A stretch of DNA of 64,000 bases from Antedon mediterranea. Taxonomy: Eukaryota; Animalia; Echinodermata. The notes beneath the pieces are model-generated. The model made no database searches. It was not told the DNA's origin and saw nothing but the letters and a program-made list of their open reading frames with translations. The stretch is from the NCBI RefSeq assembly GCF_964355755.1, contig NC_092677.1:19056101-19120100 (forward strand), written 5' to 3'. Position 1 is the stretch's first letter; every line of letters starts with the position of its first letter. Below, one piece after another: positions 27,050-39,166 of this stretch. The position numbers and the translations under genes were made by a program.

Positions 27050-30000
27050 CTCATAACTTTATTTAAACAATTTGGGTTAAGTAGAGTCTTTTTACCACCA
27101 TTATAATGTCAACAATTATAAACCGCCTCTTCAAAATGATGTACAGGTCTCCCTCCAATTAAAGACCTCTGCCTTTAATTGAGAAACACCTCCAACCAGA
27201 TTCTGATTCAAGACGATTTAATTTGAGGGAGAACCGCCTTATACATAAATGAATACGAATATCTAATGTTTTTTTTATTTGTATGTTTTTATACAAAACT
27301 TTCAGGTGTAAAAAATTGCATTGTTTGGGTTGATAAAAAAGATCCAATTTTATATTTATTTTTTGGTCTTGGAAATTAATGAAAAATACTTATACAGAAT
27401 ATGTAAAAGCCCACAAATAATGTACCTCAGATGGTAATAATATAAGATTCACCTTAGATATAATTGTAATATTAGATAGTTGTTTTGTACTTAAATGTAT
27501 ACAGAATAACGTAAAAAGTATTGTTCAGACTATGTTACAATCAACTCGTCTGAAACTGAACTTCCTTGGCCTGGTTTTCTGCTGAATGTTTTTTCAATAC
27601 CTTATTGAGAAAGAATTTATTTGGAAAGTGTCAGTTTATCAGGGAGTGTGATTTTGGACAGATGCCTGTTCTTTGTATAAAGTAACTATTTTGAGGAATA
27701 CAATTGCTAAACTCTTATTCTTTAGATTATTTGGGTCTGTTAATGTGTAATTCTCATGCCAAATGTAAAAAATAAAAGACAAATTAATGAATTAAAATCA
27801 TACTATATTTAAATTTGACTTCAATTAGATAATTTGGCAATCTTTCTAAATAATAATATGATTATAAGGGATGTATCAATTCTAAGTTTTAAAAGGGCAA
27901 TCTGTATTCCACAATATTTTTTTAATTCTGGAGTGTCCATAAAGTTTTAAATTTCTTTTAATGCTCTGTAATTTAAGCTTCTTGATGGAATAATACGATT
28001 AGATTTATTGAATGATTAATTATGGTAATTAATCAATTAGATCAGCTACAAACAATAAGTTATATTACTTAAACAAACTGTTGAATCATTGCTAACAAGT
28101 TTAAACGTTCAGGAAGTTTTAAGCTTGATGGGTGTGCACCCATTGACATTGGAGAGCAGCTCCCTGCCATTTGTTTTAATTGCAGGTATGAACAATTTCA
28201 CCGGTGCTTATTACTGGTACTCAGTCAGTTTAGTAGAGTACACATTTTAGGTGAATGTTCACATACTGGTATGCACACACCTGTGATTCACTTGAATGCA
28301 CACACACCTGTGATATACTAGTATGCACACACCTGTGATTCACTGGTGTGTACATCTGAGGTGCACTTGCACCTGTGATATACTGGTATGCACACACCTG
28401 TGATTCACTGGTGTGTACATCTGAGGTGCATTCACATCTGTGGCATACTGGTATGCACACACCTGTGATTCATTGGTGTGTACATCTGAAGTGCACTTGC
28501 ACCTGTGATATACTGGTATGCACACACCTGTGATTTACTGGTGTGTAAATCTGAGATTCACTTGCTACTGTGATATACTGGTATGCTCACACATCTGTGA
28601 TTTACTGGTGTGTACATCTGAGGTGCACTTGAACCTGTGATATACTGGTATGCTCACACCTGTGATTTACTGGTGTGTACATCTGAGGTGCACTTGCACC
28701 CGTGATACACTGGTATGCACACACACCTGTGATTTACTGGTGTGTACATCTGAGATGCACTTGCACCTGTGATACACTGGTATGCACACACACACCTGTG
28801 ATTTACTGGTGTGTACATCTGAGGTGCACTTGCATCTGTGGCATACTGGTATGCACACACCTGTGATTCATTGGTGTGTACATCTGAAGTGCACTTGCAC
28901 CTGTGATACACTGGTATGCACACACACACACCTGTGATTTACTGGTGTGTACATCTGAGGTGCACTTGCACCTGTGATATACTGGTATGCACACACCTGT
29001 ATTCACTGATTTGTACTGTGACAATAAGTGATTCATAAGTTTATAAAACGATAAAGGTGTACTTGTTTGGTTCATACAATTTGCATTAAGAAACAAAATA
29101 AGAAATTTAGGTGCATTGTCATGTTGGTAGTAACACTTGAGATTTACCCAGCCTGCCTATGTAAAACTGGAAATTTTTTCATGTATAAGATGTAGGTTTA
29201 ATAAATTTGTATTGGTTTAAAAAGCTATTGCAAAATTGGCATTATGGTGACTTTTGCATCATAAAATGCCTTGGTTCTCTGCTGAGTGACAGATGATGTA
29301 GTTGTAAGATGTTAATTTTAGCTTGTATATAATGTCATAGATTGTTCTGACTGTTGCAGAGAAGAATGAAATGGTCATTCTTGTATTATGTGTTTTTAAA
29401 CAATAGGGAAATGACTCGACTAAACCTAAAGTAGCACTCTTAATGGTTGAAGCTTGTGATCATTGAGGTATGCTTAAAATAAGTTAAATAACAAATGCAT
29501 CTTTCCCTTTCTTTTCAGTGATGAAAACTCCCAATTTTGAATGAAATAAAAGTTTAGCATTAATTTGGGATGACCAATTGTTATCCACAGTTATATTGAT
29601 TTGTAAAAGGTTTTTTGAAGTGCAATTTGGAATGTAGGTCTCGTACAAAATTTGTTTGGAGAGAATGAGAGAACAAAATTATTCTCCTTGCCTCAGAATC
29701 AACAATTTTTTCAGCTTAAATAAAAAAAACTTATCATCATCATGGGTCATTTAGAAATTAAAGTCATTTAGGAATTCATGGTCTTTGTTTATTTTAAATT
29801 CATTTCATAGCTCTTGTTATTTCTTGTAAGAACAACATTAATTTTAATTTATACTTAGAAACTAATACAGGTACACTGTGTATAATATAAGTACTGTATT
29901 TAGTCAAAACAGTACCACACCAGGGTGTTTTTTGCCTGTCCAGTTCCTTGAACAGCTTTATGCTGTTCTATCAATTGCTATTACAACCTTTATAATTGAA

Positions 30001-30990
30001 GGATACATTTATATACCATTGTTGAACAGTGGCGCCCCATACAATTTTCAATTGTGTGAAAATGCTGAGTGCCTTTAATTGTGTTATTTTATTTAGTTTT
30101 ATCTTTATTTGAAATAATTGTTTTACAGTTTGGACCAATGCTTTAGGTTAAGTGACCAGATCTACAGTGTAATAAGTGGGCTTAAAACCTAACACCTGTC
30201 AATATACTGTATATTGTACTGTACATATTCTGAGTGGCTTGGTATTATCAAAGGAGAATGTAGTTTATTTACCTCTACTTTTCCCTATTAATAATGAAGG
30301 TTTTGTCGTATGCTTATCACACAGTTGTATGTGAACTAATATTTATTTCAAAGTACCAGGGTTTCTGTAGACAAACATTTATCGCAGGTCAGACAATGCT
30401 AAAAGTTATTATTTTACTTATATTTGGTCCATGCCATCAAAAAATAATAGACATAATGGTACTTAAATGACTAAATACAATAGTGTGATTAAAGTTTAGA
30501 TTTAAAGATCACATCAAAAATGTTGTTTCAGACTATTACCAGAGGTCTTAAATCAAAGTGACATGTAGATCTGATGCACTAGACAACTGGAACACATTAA
30601 ACTTCTGTCCAGTCAATGTATGATAACTGACTGGATGCAATTCAAACAATATATGACTGGATGCATTCATATCAATTTATTGTAATATACCTTTTAGGTT
30701 GCAGGTATTCGTGCAATTGTAATATTGTGTTTTGATCTTGTTAGTCATGATAGCTGGACCGCTGTCAGTAATCCACACACACATATGTATCTAGTGTTTA
30801 CGGGCTTTTATTGTTAGGGACGAAGAAAGTGGTTAGGATGCATTTATGAACTGCTCATGTATACAAACATTAATAGCAGGTTTGCTGTGTAACACTTGTG
30901 ACTCTTGTTGCTGCATAGGAAGCATTATTATAGAACGAGTCACTAAATAATGTAATTCAGTAATCAGTCATTTTTTAAATACATCCATAA
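27050..30990 (-). pseudogene. Possible heavily eroded RING-NHL paralog remnant(s)
   Basis: Broken minus-strand peptides: near 30950-30700 DSFYNN..QTCY*CL..HNITIARI (compare EPFDNN..HTSCLDCL..NNLTIISM); near 29700 DSEARRIILFS..FVRDL; near 27250-27100 RIH..GWRCFSIKGRG..RFIIVD. Confidence 0.3.
28262..29010. repeat. Minisatellite, about 65-bp unit x 11, variable (CA)n
   Basis: TACTGGTATGCACACACCTGTGATT(C/T)ACTGGTGTGTACATCTGAGGTGCACTTGCACCTGTGATA. Confidence 0.93.
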
Positions 30991-31963
30991 AGTAAAGCAT
31001 TTGTATTGCTATGAATTTAATTAACCATTATGAAAAGATGTTTTCTGATGATCGAAAATTAAAAAATGGTGATGCTGTAAAATAAGGTATTACCATAATA
31101 GACCTTTACTGTAATATAAACATAGGAATACTATAACTGTGTGTTGTCGATGAGGGCGGTTTGCGTGATCGCTAGTGAATGCGCATTTGGATAACGTTGC
31201 TGTAAATTATGACCAGCAGCTTTTCCTTCAGTAAATGTTAGGATAGATAAACAGGATATTTTGTATTGTGTCTATTTATTGTTGTTACGTGTCTACAAAT
31301 ACCCAACTCTATTCCCTTTTCACTTTAAAAGTTTTATTTGCCGGAGACTTTTCTTTTTGGTCAAAGTGAATATGTGATATTAAAATAGCCTATTCCACAA
31401 AAAAGTTTTTACAAATTATTTTTTCATGGGTACAATATCTTTAAAGGAAGCCTTCTAAGATTTCTTAAATATGTATACCAGACTTTCCAACAAAGACCAG
31501 CCATAAATAAGTAAAATCTTATTTTCAGAAGAACAACCTGAAAAAGGTTGATGGTCTGAGCCTTGAATTCCATTACTGTTGATTCTATCGTTAGTTTGGA
31601 ATGTTTTTAACCAGCAGATCAAATATTAATATTGGTTGGTTGAAGACCGTCTTAAAAGTATACCAGATATTATGATATTTCCCAATTAAAAAAAAATCGA
31701 AAAACTTACTTGGACGAAGCAATTTATCGCAATTGCGTATGGCAGTGGCCGGTTTAAAAGAAATCAATCTAATGTCGTATACAAACAAAATTATAAAACT
31801 GGTTGTGTTCAGGATTTATTGACTATTACATGATAAAGTGTACATAATTAACAATTATAAAATTTTGAATGTTCATTTTTAATATTTGAATACATGATTA
31901 GCTATTACGTTAATAAAATGGATATTTCTAAAAATATACAATTTTAATTACAATGACACTTGT

Positions 31964-33841
31964 TTAAAGGATTTGTATCCTATAGTTTCCGCTATCGCAT
32001 ACTATAATCTTTCTATTAATCGTTACAGTTACTGACATCGGCCAATCGAACTGCCCAGCATTACTTCCGTGTTCCCCTAAAATCGCCAAACATTTTCCAT
32101 CCTTGTCGAATATTTGAATACGATGATTTCCGGTATCTGCGACCACTACATTATCATCCCTATCAACATCCACTCCCCATGGCTCAGATAATTCTCCAAT
32201 ATCGTTCCCTTGTTTCCCATACTTTCTAACACATTGCCCGTCTGGCGTGAACAACCACACACAGTGGTTTCGTGCGTCCGCTACTAGTATTTTCTCATCA
32301 CTAGTCAGCGATATTCCCCTCGCCTCCATACACTGATTTTTACCGATCTTCCTAATGAGCTTTCCAGTTCTTCCACGTATAGCATCAATACATCCATCTC
32401 TGTCGTTGGCTAGATAGATGACCCGCTTACTAGTCATAGCAATTCCGCACTTCGTACTTGCAAAATCAGAATGAACAGCTCCCTGGCCCTGGTAGACCGA
32501 ATAAATACGTTTGTTTCTTGATGAAATGCAGGTATTGTCAAACAAATAAATGTCTCCAATGTTTGTTACCGTAACAAGTCTTCCCCTATCATCTGTACAT
32601 AGTCCACGGACATGTCCGAACCATGGTTCATCACAGAGCTTCTTATCAAGGGACAGTTTTTCGTCAAATACACCAACAGACTGACTGAATTCTGTTGTGA
32701 CGGCAAGTTCTTTTATGTTGTTTGCGTTGCGAATCAATGCTAAATCTAACGGTCCTTCTTCCAATTTATCAAAATATGTTAACCCAAAGGTTACTGGTTC
32801 TTCGTCGTTCCAGTTGTAGCATACAGGGTGTCCATTCAGTACAACTTTTAAAGCATTCCTTTTAGATTCTACATCATAATGTTTGCCAGATGGATTTTCG
32901 TTATTATTACAAGTTTCATTATGATCACCATGTGCTTCAGGGTTTGCATGATGTTTATTTTGTTCTTTGACATCAATGGCAATATTTCTGGTGGAACCTA
33001 TCAAATCGTTTATATTTTTTGATGATTGGATATCAGAATCCGAATTATTTGTTTGCTGGATTTTACCAAGACAGCTAATCTGAGATACTAGAGAGGCTTC
33101 CATAACATTTGAGAATACTATTGGTCTGTTGTTTTCGATGGTTGTGTTTACATCGAGAATTTGTTTAGTCAACTCGCGTATCTTTGGAAGAACATCTGTA
33201 GCCGTGTGTGAAAGCGAAGTAAGTTCTTCTTCTGAGAGATTGCTGTTACCTTCTAACGTGTCCACTACTGTCGAGCAGAAGGTTGCCGCTTTTCTTTTGT
33301 TCTCCTCTATGGTGGAAATCCGTAAAGTAATGTCATTTTCCTTTTTGAAGTGGTCGTCGACGTCATTTCTTAGGACCTCACGTCTTTTTTCTAAGCTTAA
33401 GTAAATAGTTTGGAAACAGTCATCTATGGACTTTATCAACGATTTCTGGTCTGTGTTTTTCTTTGTTTTCGTCACTTGCTTGATAGACTCCAATGTTGGC
33501 ATCTTATCATTAACGTTCTGTATTTTTGACAAAATAGTTTGTCTAAGAGCCTCAATGTTGCTCTGTTTTGTTTCCAATAGCCTGCGTTGTTTTTCAGTCA
33601 CATGGCACATCATGCTTATTATAGTCAGGTTATTTGGAAGAGCTTTGACGCCCGTTTTCGGGACTTTATATTCATAGCGACAAGTAGGACATTGTACCTT
33701 TTTCTTTTTGCCGACGATTCTATCAAGACAGTCTAAACATGATGTATGCTGACAAGAAAGCATCTTAGGTAAGCGTATATTGTTATCGAAAGGTTCGAAA
33801 CATAATGGACATTCTAAAAGCGAAGATATATTTTCTGACAT
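31964..33841 (-). CDS. RING-coiled coil-NHL repeat E3 ligase (TRIM-NHL/NHL-1-like, no B-box), single coding exon, 625 aa
   Basis: C3HC4 RING (CPLC..CQHTSCLDC..CPTC), coiled-coil-like middle, and C-terminal NHL repeats (PWGVDVDRDDNVVVADTGNHRIQIF; FDWPMSV..IIVCDSGNYRIQIL). A splice acceptor ttttcag lies 2 nt before the ATG. Confidence 0.93.
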   Translation of the reverse strand: MSENISSLLECPLCFEPFDNNIRLPKMLSCQHTSCLDCLDRIVGKKKKVQCPTCRYEYKVPKTGVKALPNNLTIISMMCHVTEKQRRLLETKQSNIEALRQTILSKIQNVNDKMPTLESIKQVTKTKKNTDQKSLIKSIDDCFQTIYLSLEKRREVLRNDVDDHFKKENDITLRISTIEENKRKAATFCSTVVDTLEGNSNLSEEELTSLSHTATDVLPKIRELTKQILDVNTTIENNRPIVFSNVMEASLVSQISCLGKIQQTNNSDSDIQSSKNINDLIGSTRNIAIDVKEQNKHHANPEAHGDHNETCNNNENPSGKHYDVESKRNALKVVLNGHPVCYNWNDEEPVTFGLTYFDKLEEGPLDLALIRNANNIKELAVTTEFSQSVGVFDEKLSLDKKLCDEPWFGHVRGLCTDDRGRLVTVTNIGDIYLFDNTCISSRNKRIYSVYQGQGAVHSDFASTKCGIAMTSKRVIYLANDRDGCIDAIRGRTGKLIRKIGKNQCMEARGISLTSDEKILVADARNHCVWLFTPDGQCVRKYGKQGNDIGELSEPWGVDVDRDDNVVVADTGNHRIQIFDKDGKCLAILGEHGSNAGQFDWPMSVTVTINRKIIVCDSGNYRIQIL

Positions 33842-34345
33842 TTCTGAAAAAAAAATTTATAACTGAACTAATTAATTAAATCTAATTTCATAATTTCCAG
33901 CCAGAAGAGTAATTCAATGGCTACAAAATGTACGGTATGTCTAGGAAGCTAGCCTAAATTAGGTTATAAAACGACCTACTTTGGAATGATTGGCATACAC
34001 AACACAGAGTACAGTAATAAGTTATTGCTCTGCCGCCTTCACTGCTAGTTCGATCGGCATAATTATAATATCGAATTGAAATTATAGACAAAAGAACAAA
34101 GAGTGGCCAAAATAACAATAGAATATACGCACACGAACAGTGTTCCTGTGACATCATCCGAGTGTGACGTGTGCGCGCGACACATGACAACGATTAAGCG
34201 CACAATATGGTCGATGGCTCTCTCAAGGCGGCGGATTCTCTTGTCCAGCAGCTCCGCTTCCAATGTGTTACTGTTGTATGTGATGGTGGATTCCTTAGTA
34301 GGTGAATTCTTTGACCACTTTATACTCTGTATTCTCGGCAACTAT

Positions 34346-34538
34346 GCCTGTTTTCCTGTCGACTATAACGATCAACGATGATCGTCGACTAATGTCGACA
34401 GGAAAACAGGCTTTACGATCAACGACGATAGCGTCGGCGCCGGAAAATCCAATCGAACGCCAATGTTTCGTTTTCACGCGGCTACGCACATATCGATTGG
34501 CGCATAGCCGCGTGAAAACGAAACATTGATGTTCGATT
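34346..34538. repeat. Two adjacent long perfect hairpins
   Basis: 18-bp stem 34346-34411 and 24-bp stem 34461-34528 (extendable to 34451-34538). Confidence 0.9.
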
Positions 34539-35743
34539 CGCCGGACCGGAACCGTGCCGGAACAGGTGTGAAAGACCCTTAATACCAGCAACGGTTTTAA
34601 GACTAATTTAGTGAATTTTAAAATAGAATAATTCGATACAAAAGGTAGCTGATTCAAATTCTTTGGAAAAAATGTTAATTTATACAATAGGCTACAGTTT
34701 TACACTTCACGCTATCCTAACAATTTTTTTTCTGGATAACTGTAAAGTGAAAACGATCTAGACCTAAAATTATAAGAAGTTTTATACCCGAATAAATAAA
34801 TAAATAAAATAATAATAATTAATACGACATCGATACCTAAATTAAATCGTAAATAGAATAGGCCTATAAAGTCTACAAACCGAATACCTCCGAGACCCTC
34901 AATCCCCTCCCAGCTCGCAAACAAAATCACAACAACCTCCAACGATCACGTCTAGTATCACTAATCGGACGATTAAATGTGTAGAGTATTGTATGTTAAA
35001 TCATATCGCCAAAGGAAAAAGCTTCGAATGCTGATTTTCACCCGCAATGTATTGGAATCTCCTCAGCTCTGGAAAGGGAGCAACCAGTTGGTTTTGCGAC
35101 TCATGCCAAGCATTATAACTTCACTATACGAAAATCATTAGATAAACAATGAGATCAAAGAGCAAAATAATATTCTTTGACAGGAAAATAAACAACTAAA
35201 ATGACTACTACTACTACTACTACTACAACGTAATGCTATGTTTGACCAAACAAAGAATGACCGTCTACAGAACAAACGATATATCATTGAACACAGCAGA
35301 CACCTTTAATAGGAGAGTCAATAATCAAGAATATTAACGAAAGACGATTGCTGAAGACTAACGTTGTCTTGTCTACCCGGAGCAAAAAATGAAAGTTATA
35401 GGCCTAAAAGAATCATTGAGATCACCTATAGCTAGACGCGAACAGTTTTGATACCATATTAGGGAGGTTTCGCAACCTTACGAATACGATAACGAAAACG
35501 GATACGTCACACATTTGTGAAACTTTTGAGCTGATCCCCATTTCATAGGGTGTCACGAAAGCTCAGACCACGAAAGCTCAGACCCCCTAAGACCTAAGAT
35601 CACGAAAGCTAAGACCCAACACCTAAGATTACAAATATTTATCTTTCGCACCTGCCTTGTATTTTAACTCCCAACATTTATTCTGAATACCAAACCTTAG
35701 AATTGGCACTTTCATGAAAAAGAATCACATAAAAAGTAACAAA

Positions 35744-36860
35744 GACCGTGTTCGTACGGCGATTGAAATACACATTTATTTGGTTTTTACCCTTGGGGTA
35801 AAACCCATACGACGTTCGTACGAATAAACAAAGTACCGGTAAGCTGACACGAAACCAATTAAGATCGGAATTCTTAGGTCAAAAAGCGCCCTCTGTGCGT
35901 CGACCCATATCAATTGACATGGCGTGTTGACAAATTCAACTGGATATTGCATGTCGTTTCGCGCGCGAATCGTTCAATTATTATTTTTCAATCGACAACC
36001 AGACCTATATATTTATAATACATCGAATACAATTTACTTTTTAAATAAATAATGATCGAAAATCCTGCTAACGTATGTTGTTTGTTGACCACGTGTATTT
36101 ATCGTGTGAGCCGAACTATTGTTATGGAAATTCCATTTAATGTACACGCACTGTACCCCTCTTGTAAAAATCACCACGTGTATTTATCGTGCGAGCCGAA
36201 CTATTGTTGTGGAAATTCCATTTAATGTACACGCACTGTACCCCTCTTGTAAAAATCACCACGTGTATTTATCGTGCGAGCCGAACTATTGTTGTGAAAA
36301 TTCCATTTAATGTACACGCACTGTACCCCTCTTGTAAAAATCACCACGTGTATTCATCGTGCGAGCCGAACTATTGTTGTAAAAATTCCATTTAACACGC
36401 ACTGTACCCCTCTTATCATGCGAGCCGAACGGTTGATGTGGTAATTCACAGACACCAGGCTACCACAATACAGAACTCCCTGCCGTTACATGTACATTAT
36501 AAGCCACCGATTCGCAAGTTCAGGTCACCGGAAAAAAACCAACGAGTTGATTATTTATATATAATTTTACAAAACAATAGATATACATTCGCATTAACGA
36601 AAAAGAACATTTTAAACAATAATTGTTAAACAATCAGAAAGCTTATTTGAGGTCGCGATTTGACATGATCCCGTTAACGCTTGATTAATTATACCCCGAG
36701 GCAGCGTGTAATTGGAATGGGATTGAAATAACCAGTAAAGTTGGTGGATTTTTCGTCCAGATGGTTTTCTAATTTTTTATAGCCAGAGGCGTAAGTTAAT
36801 TGCCACACGCGACCTCACAGTTGGAAGTACACGGTAGTTTCAGTCCCGTCCGAACGGGCC
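35744..36860. mobile_element. Insertion nested within the MULE-like MITE
   Basis: Absent from the sister copy at 55686-56746; flanked by a CAAA duplication; imperfect TIR GACCGTGTTCGTACGGCGATTGAAA / TTTCAGTCCCGTCCGAACGGGCC. Confidence 0.75.
36088..36430. repeat. Minisatellite, 85 bp x about 4
   Basis: ACCACGTGTATTTATCGTGCGAGCCGAACTATTGTTGTGGAAATTCCATTTAATGTACACGCACTGTACCCCTCTTGTAAAAATC. Confidence 0.93.
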
Positions 36861-38663
36861 CAAATACATTTTTAAATTGATGATTTTACAGACGTTTTTC
36901 TCGCACACAAAATGACTAGCCTACACAGTACAGTAGGCCTACCCCATGGGCCATGTTCAATGTTTTTGTTTCTATGGAACGTCAAAAGAGCAAAAATTAT
37001 ATAGAGGGCTGAAAACTCTGTGGAGTCCATCTACAGTGTGGATGGAACAATGTAAAATTAAAATTGTAATGATAATAGTATAATCATGCAAGTACAAAGA
37101 AATAAATACTGGCAAATAAATTTTAACTTAAAAGTTTTTTTGTTTCGTTTTCTTTCTGTTTTTATACTTGTACTATTATTGTTGCTCTTTTGGCGCTCCA
37201 TAGAAACAAAAACATTGAGCGGGGAGCTCGAGGAGTTACATTACAGTATACAAAGAAACACGCCTGTAAAATCATCAATTTAAAGGATTTATTTATTTGT
37301 TATGTGTTTCTCCTTCTGAAAGTACTTATAAGTCCTAATTTTAAAGTGTGGTGTTCAGGATAAAGTTAGTCAACAAATTTGGAGTCAAAATACAAGAAAG
37401 GCAGGTGCGTAAGAAAAACATCCTCTGAAGCAACACAATGGAGTAAATATATACCAACAAACAACCCGTCAAGTTTGTTTGTTGTAAAGAAAAAATATAC
37501 ATTTACTCAACGGGCGAAAATAATGTGAGTTTATCTATGTTTTGCGGTAGTATTAAATTATATTTATGGTAATAAATGAAACCTACTGTGTTTAAAATTA
37601 TGTATGGATAAACAAGTATTGTTTTTAAGCTGTAGTATATCTTAGTATTTGTAATCTTAGGTGTTGGGTCTTAGCTTTCGTGATCTTAGGTCTTAGTTAG
37701 GGGGTCTGAGCTTTCGTGGCACCCCCATTTCATATTCGTAAAGCATATTCGTGTTGACGAATATCATCAGTCATATTCGTAACTACAAAACGAGTTTTAG
37801 TTTTTAATCTATTTTACACATTTTGCATTTGAATCAGGAATTATTCATGATTATAATATAATTATAGATTTATTGAAACTAATTCTAAAGTAATTTACTA
37901 AAATGCCTGGTCAATTTTGATAAATAGCAGTTTTTAAAGTCCTCACTCGCTTTGATGTTACGCTAGGCCTAGGCAGTCAAGCACCAAGCAACACGTACCT
38001 GCGCTTCGCTCAAATTTACCGCAGTCATATTTTGGACGCGCCTCAATATTTCGTTGCCATGCGAAACAAATTTGTTTATGGCTTACAAAAACGAATACGC
38101 GTGCGTGACGTATCTGTTGTCGTTATCGTATTCGTAAGGTTGCGAAACCTCCCTAATAATTCATGGCGGAACGAACGACTGCACAAAAGATCAGAATACA
38201 AACAACGCCTCAAACGAGTTCGCACAAATAATACTAAGATGTTAAAACGAAATCGCCCAGCACATCCATTATATTTTCAACAAAATTATGTCCTATTTAA
38301 ACAAGATGTTTGGAACATCAAGTTAGAGTAGACAAACTGAACCGGGAAATCAAAGGAATCGCGTCAAAAGAGGATTGTACAATAATTGACAACGACACAA
38401 CCCCCCCGACACAACCTTCAAACTGTACAATACCGAATGTGAAAGTGGATCACTCAATAGAAGAGAGAAACAAATCACACCACTTACTACTCGTCGCCAA
38501 TAGGAACACATGGACATCGTAATAGACAGCTAGCACCGTCCAAACACTAACTCAAATTATCGACACCATAGTAGACAAATACAAACAAACAGAATCCGAT
38601 GTTACTACTTTGGTGAAAGGAATCATCAGACGAAAGACTGTAAACACGGTAAACCACTACAAT

Positions 38664-39166
38664 AGAGAGGTTTCGCAATCTTACGAATACGATAACGAAA
38701 ACGGATACGTCACGCACACGTATTCGTTTTCGTAAGCCATAAAAAAAATCTGTTTCGCATGGCAACGAAATATTGAGGCGCGTCCAAAATATGACTGCGG
38801 TAAATTTGAGCGAAGCGAAGGTACGTGTTGCTTGGCTGCCTAGCGTAACATCAAAGCGAGTGAGGACTTTTAAAACTGCTATTTATCAAAATTGACCTGG
38901 CATTTTAGTAAATTACTTTAGTAAATTACTTTCAATAAATCTATAATTATATTATAATCATGAATCATTCCTAATTGAAATGCAAAATGTGCAAAATAGA
39001 TCAAAAACTATACTCGTTTTGTAGTTAATAGTTACGAATATGACTGGTGATATTCGTCAACACGAATACGCTTTACGAATATGAAATGGGGATCAGCTCA
39101 AAAGTTTCACAAATGTGTGACGTATCCGTTTTCGTTATCGTATTCGTAAGGTTGCGAAACCTCCCT
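38664..39166. mobile_element. PIF/Harbinger-like MITE, intact inverted copy
   Basis: Same TIRs as 35461-38154; AAT duplicated on both sides. Confidence 0.88.

Larger units (their letters stand above)
35548..37724. mobile_element. MULE-like MITE with 10-bp TSD
   Basis: TIR GGGTG(T/C)CACGAAAGCTCAGACC; TSD CCATTTCATA at 35538-35547 and 37725-37734. Confidence 0.88.
35461..38154. mobile_element. PIF/Harbinger-like MITE (about 500 bp) split by nested insertions
   Basis: TIR AGGGAGGTTTCGCAACCTTACGAATACGATAACGA; ATT/AAT flanks; uninterrupted inverted copy at 38664-39166. Confidence 0.85.

Noticed and set aside
28230-29096. Cys/His-rich ORFs
   Set aside because: Translations of the 65-bp minisatellite.
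31045-31057. CTGATGATCGAAA core-like string
   Set aside because: No room for stem II.
33129-33677. ORFs antisense to the RING-NHL CDS (also those opposite the Penelope ORF and the second paralog)
   Set aside because: Shadow frames of real coding sequence.
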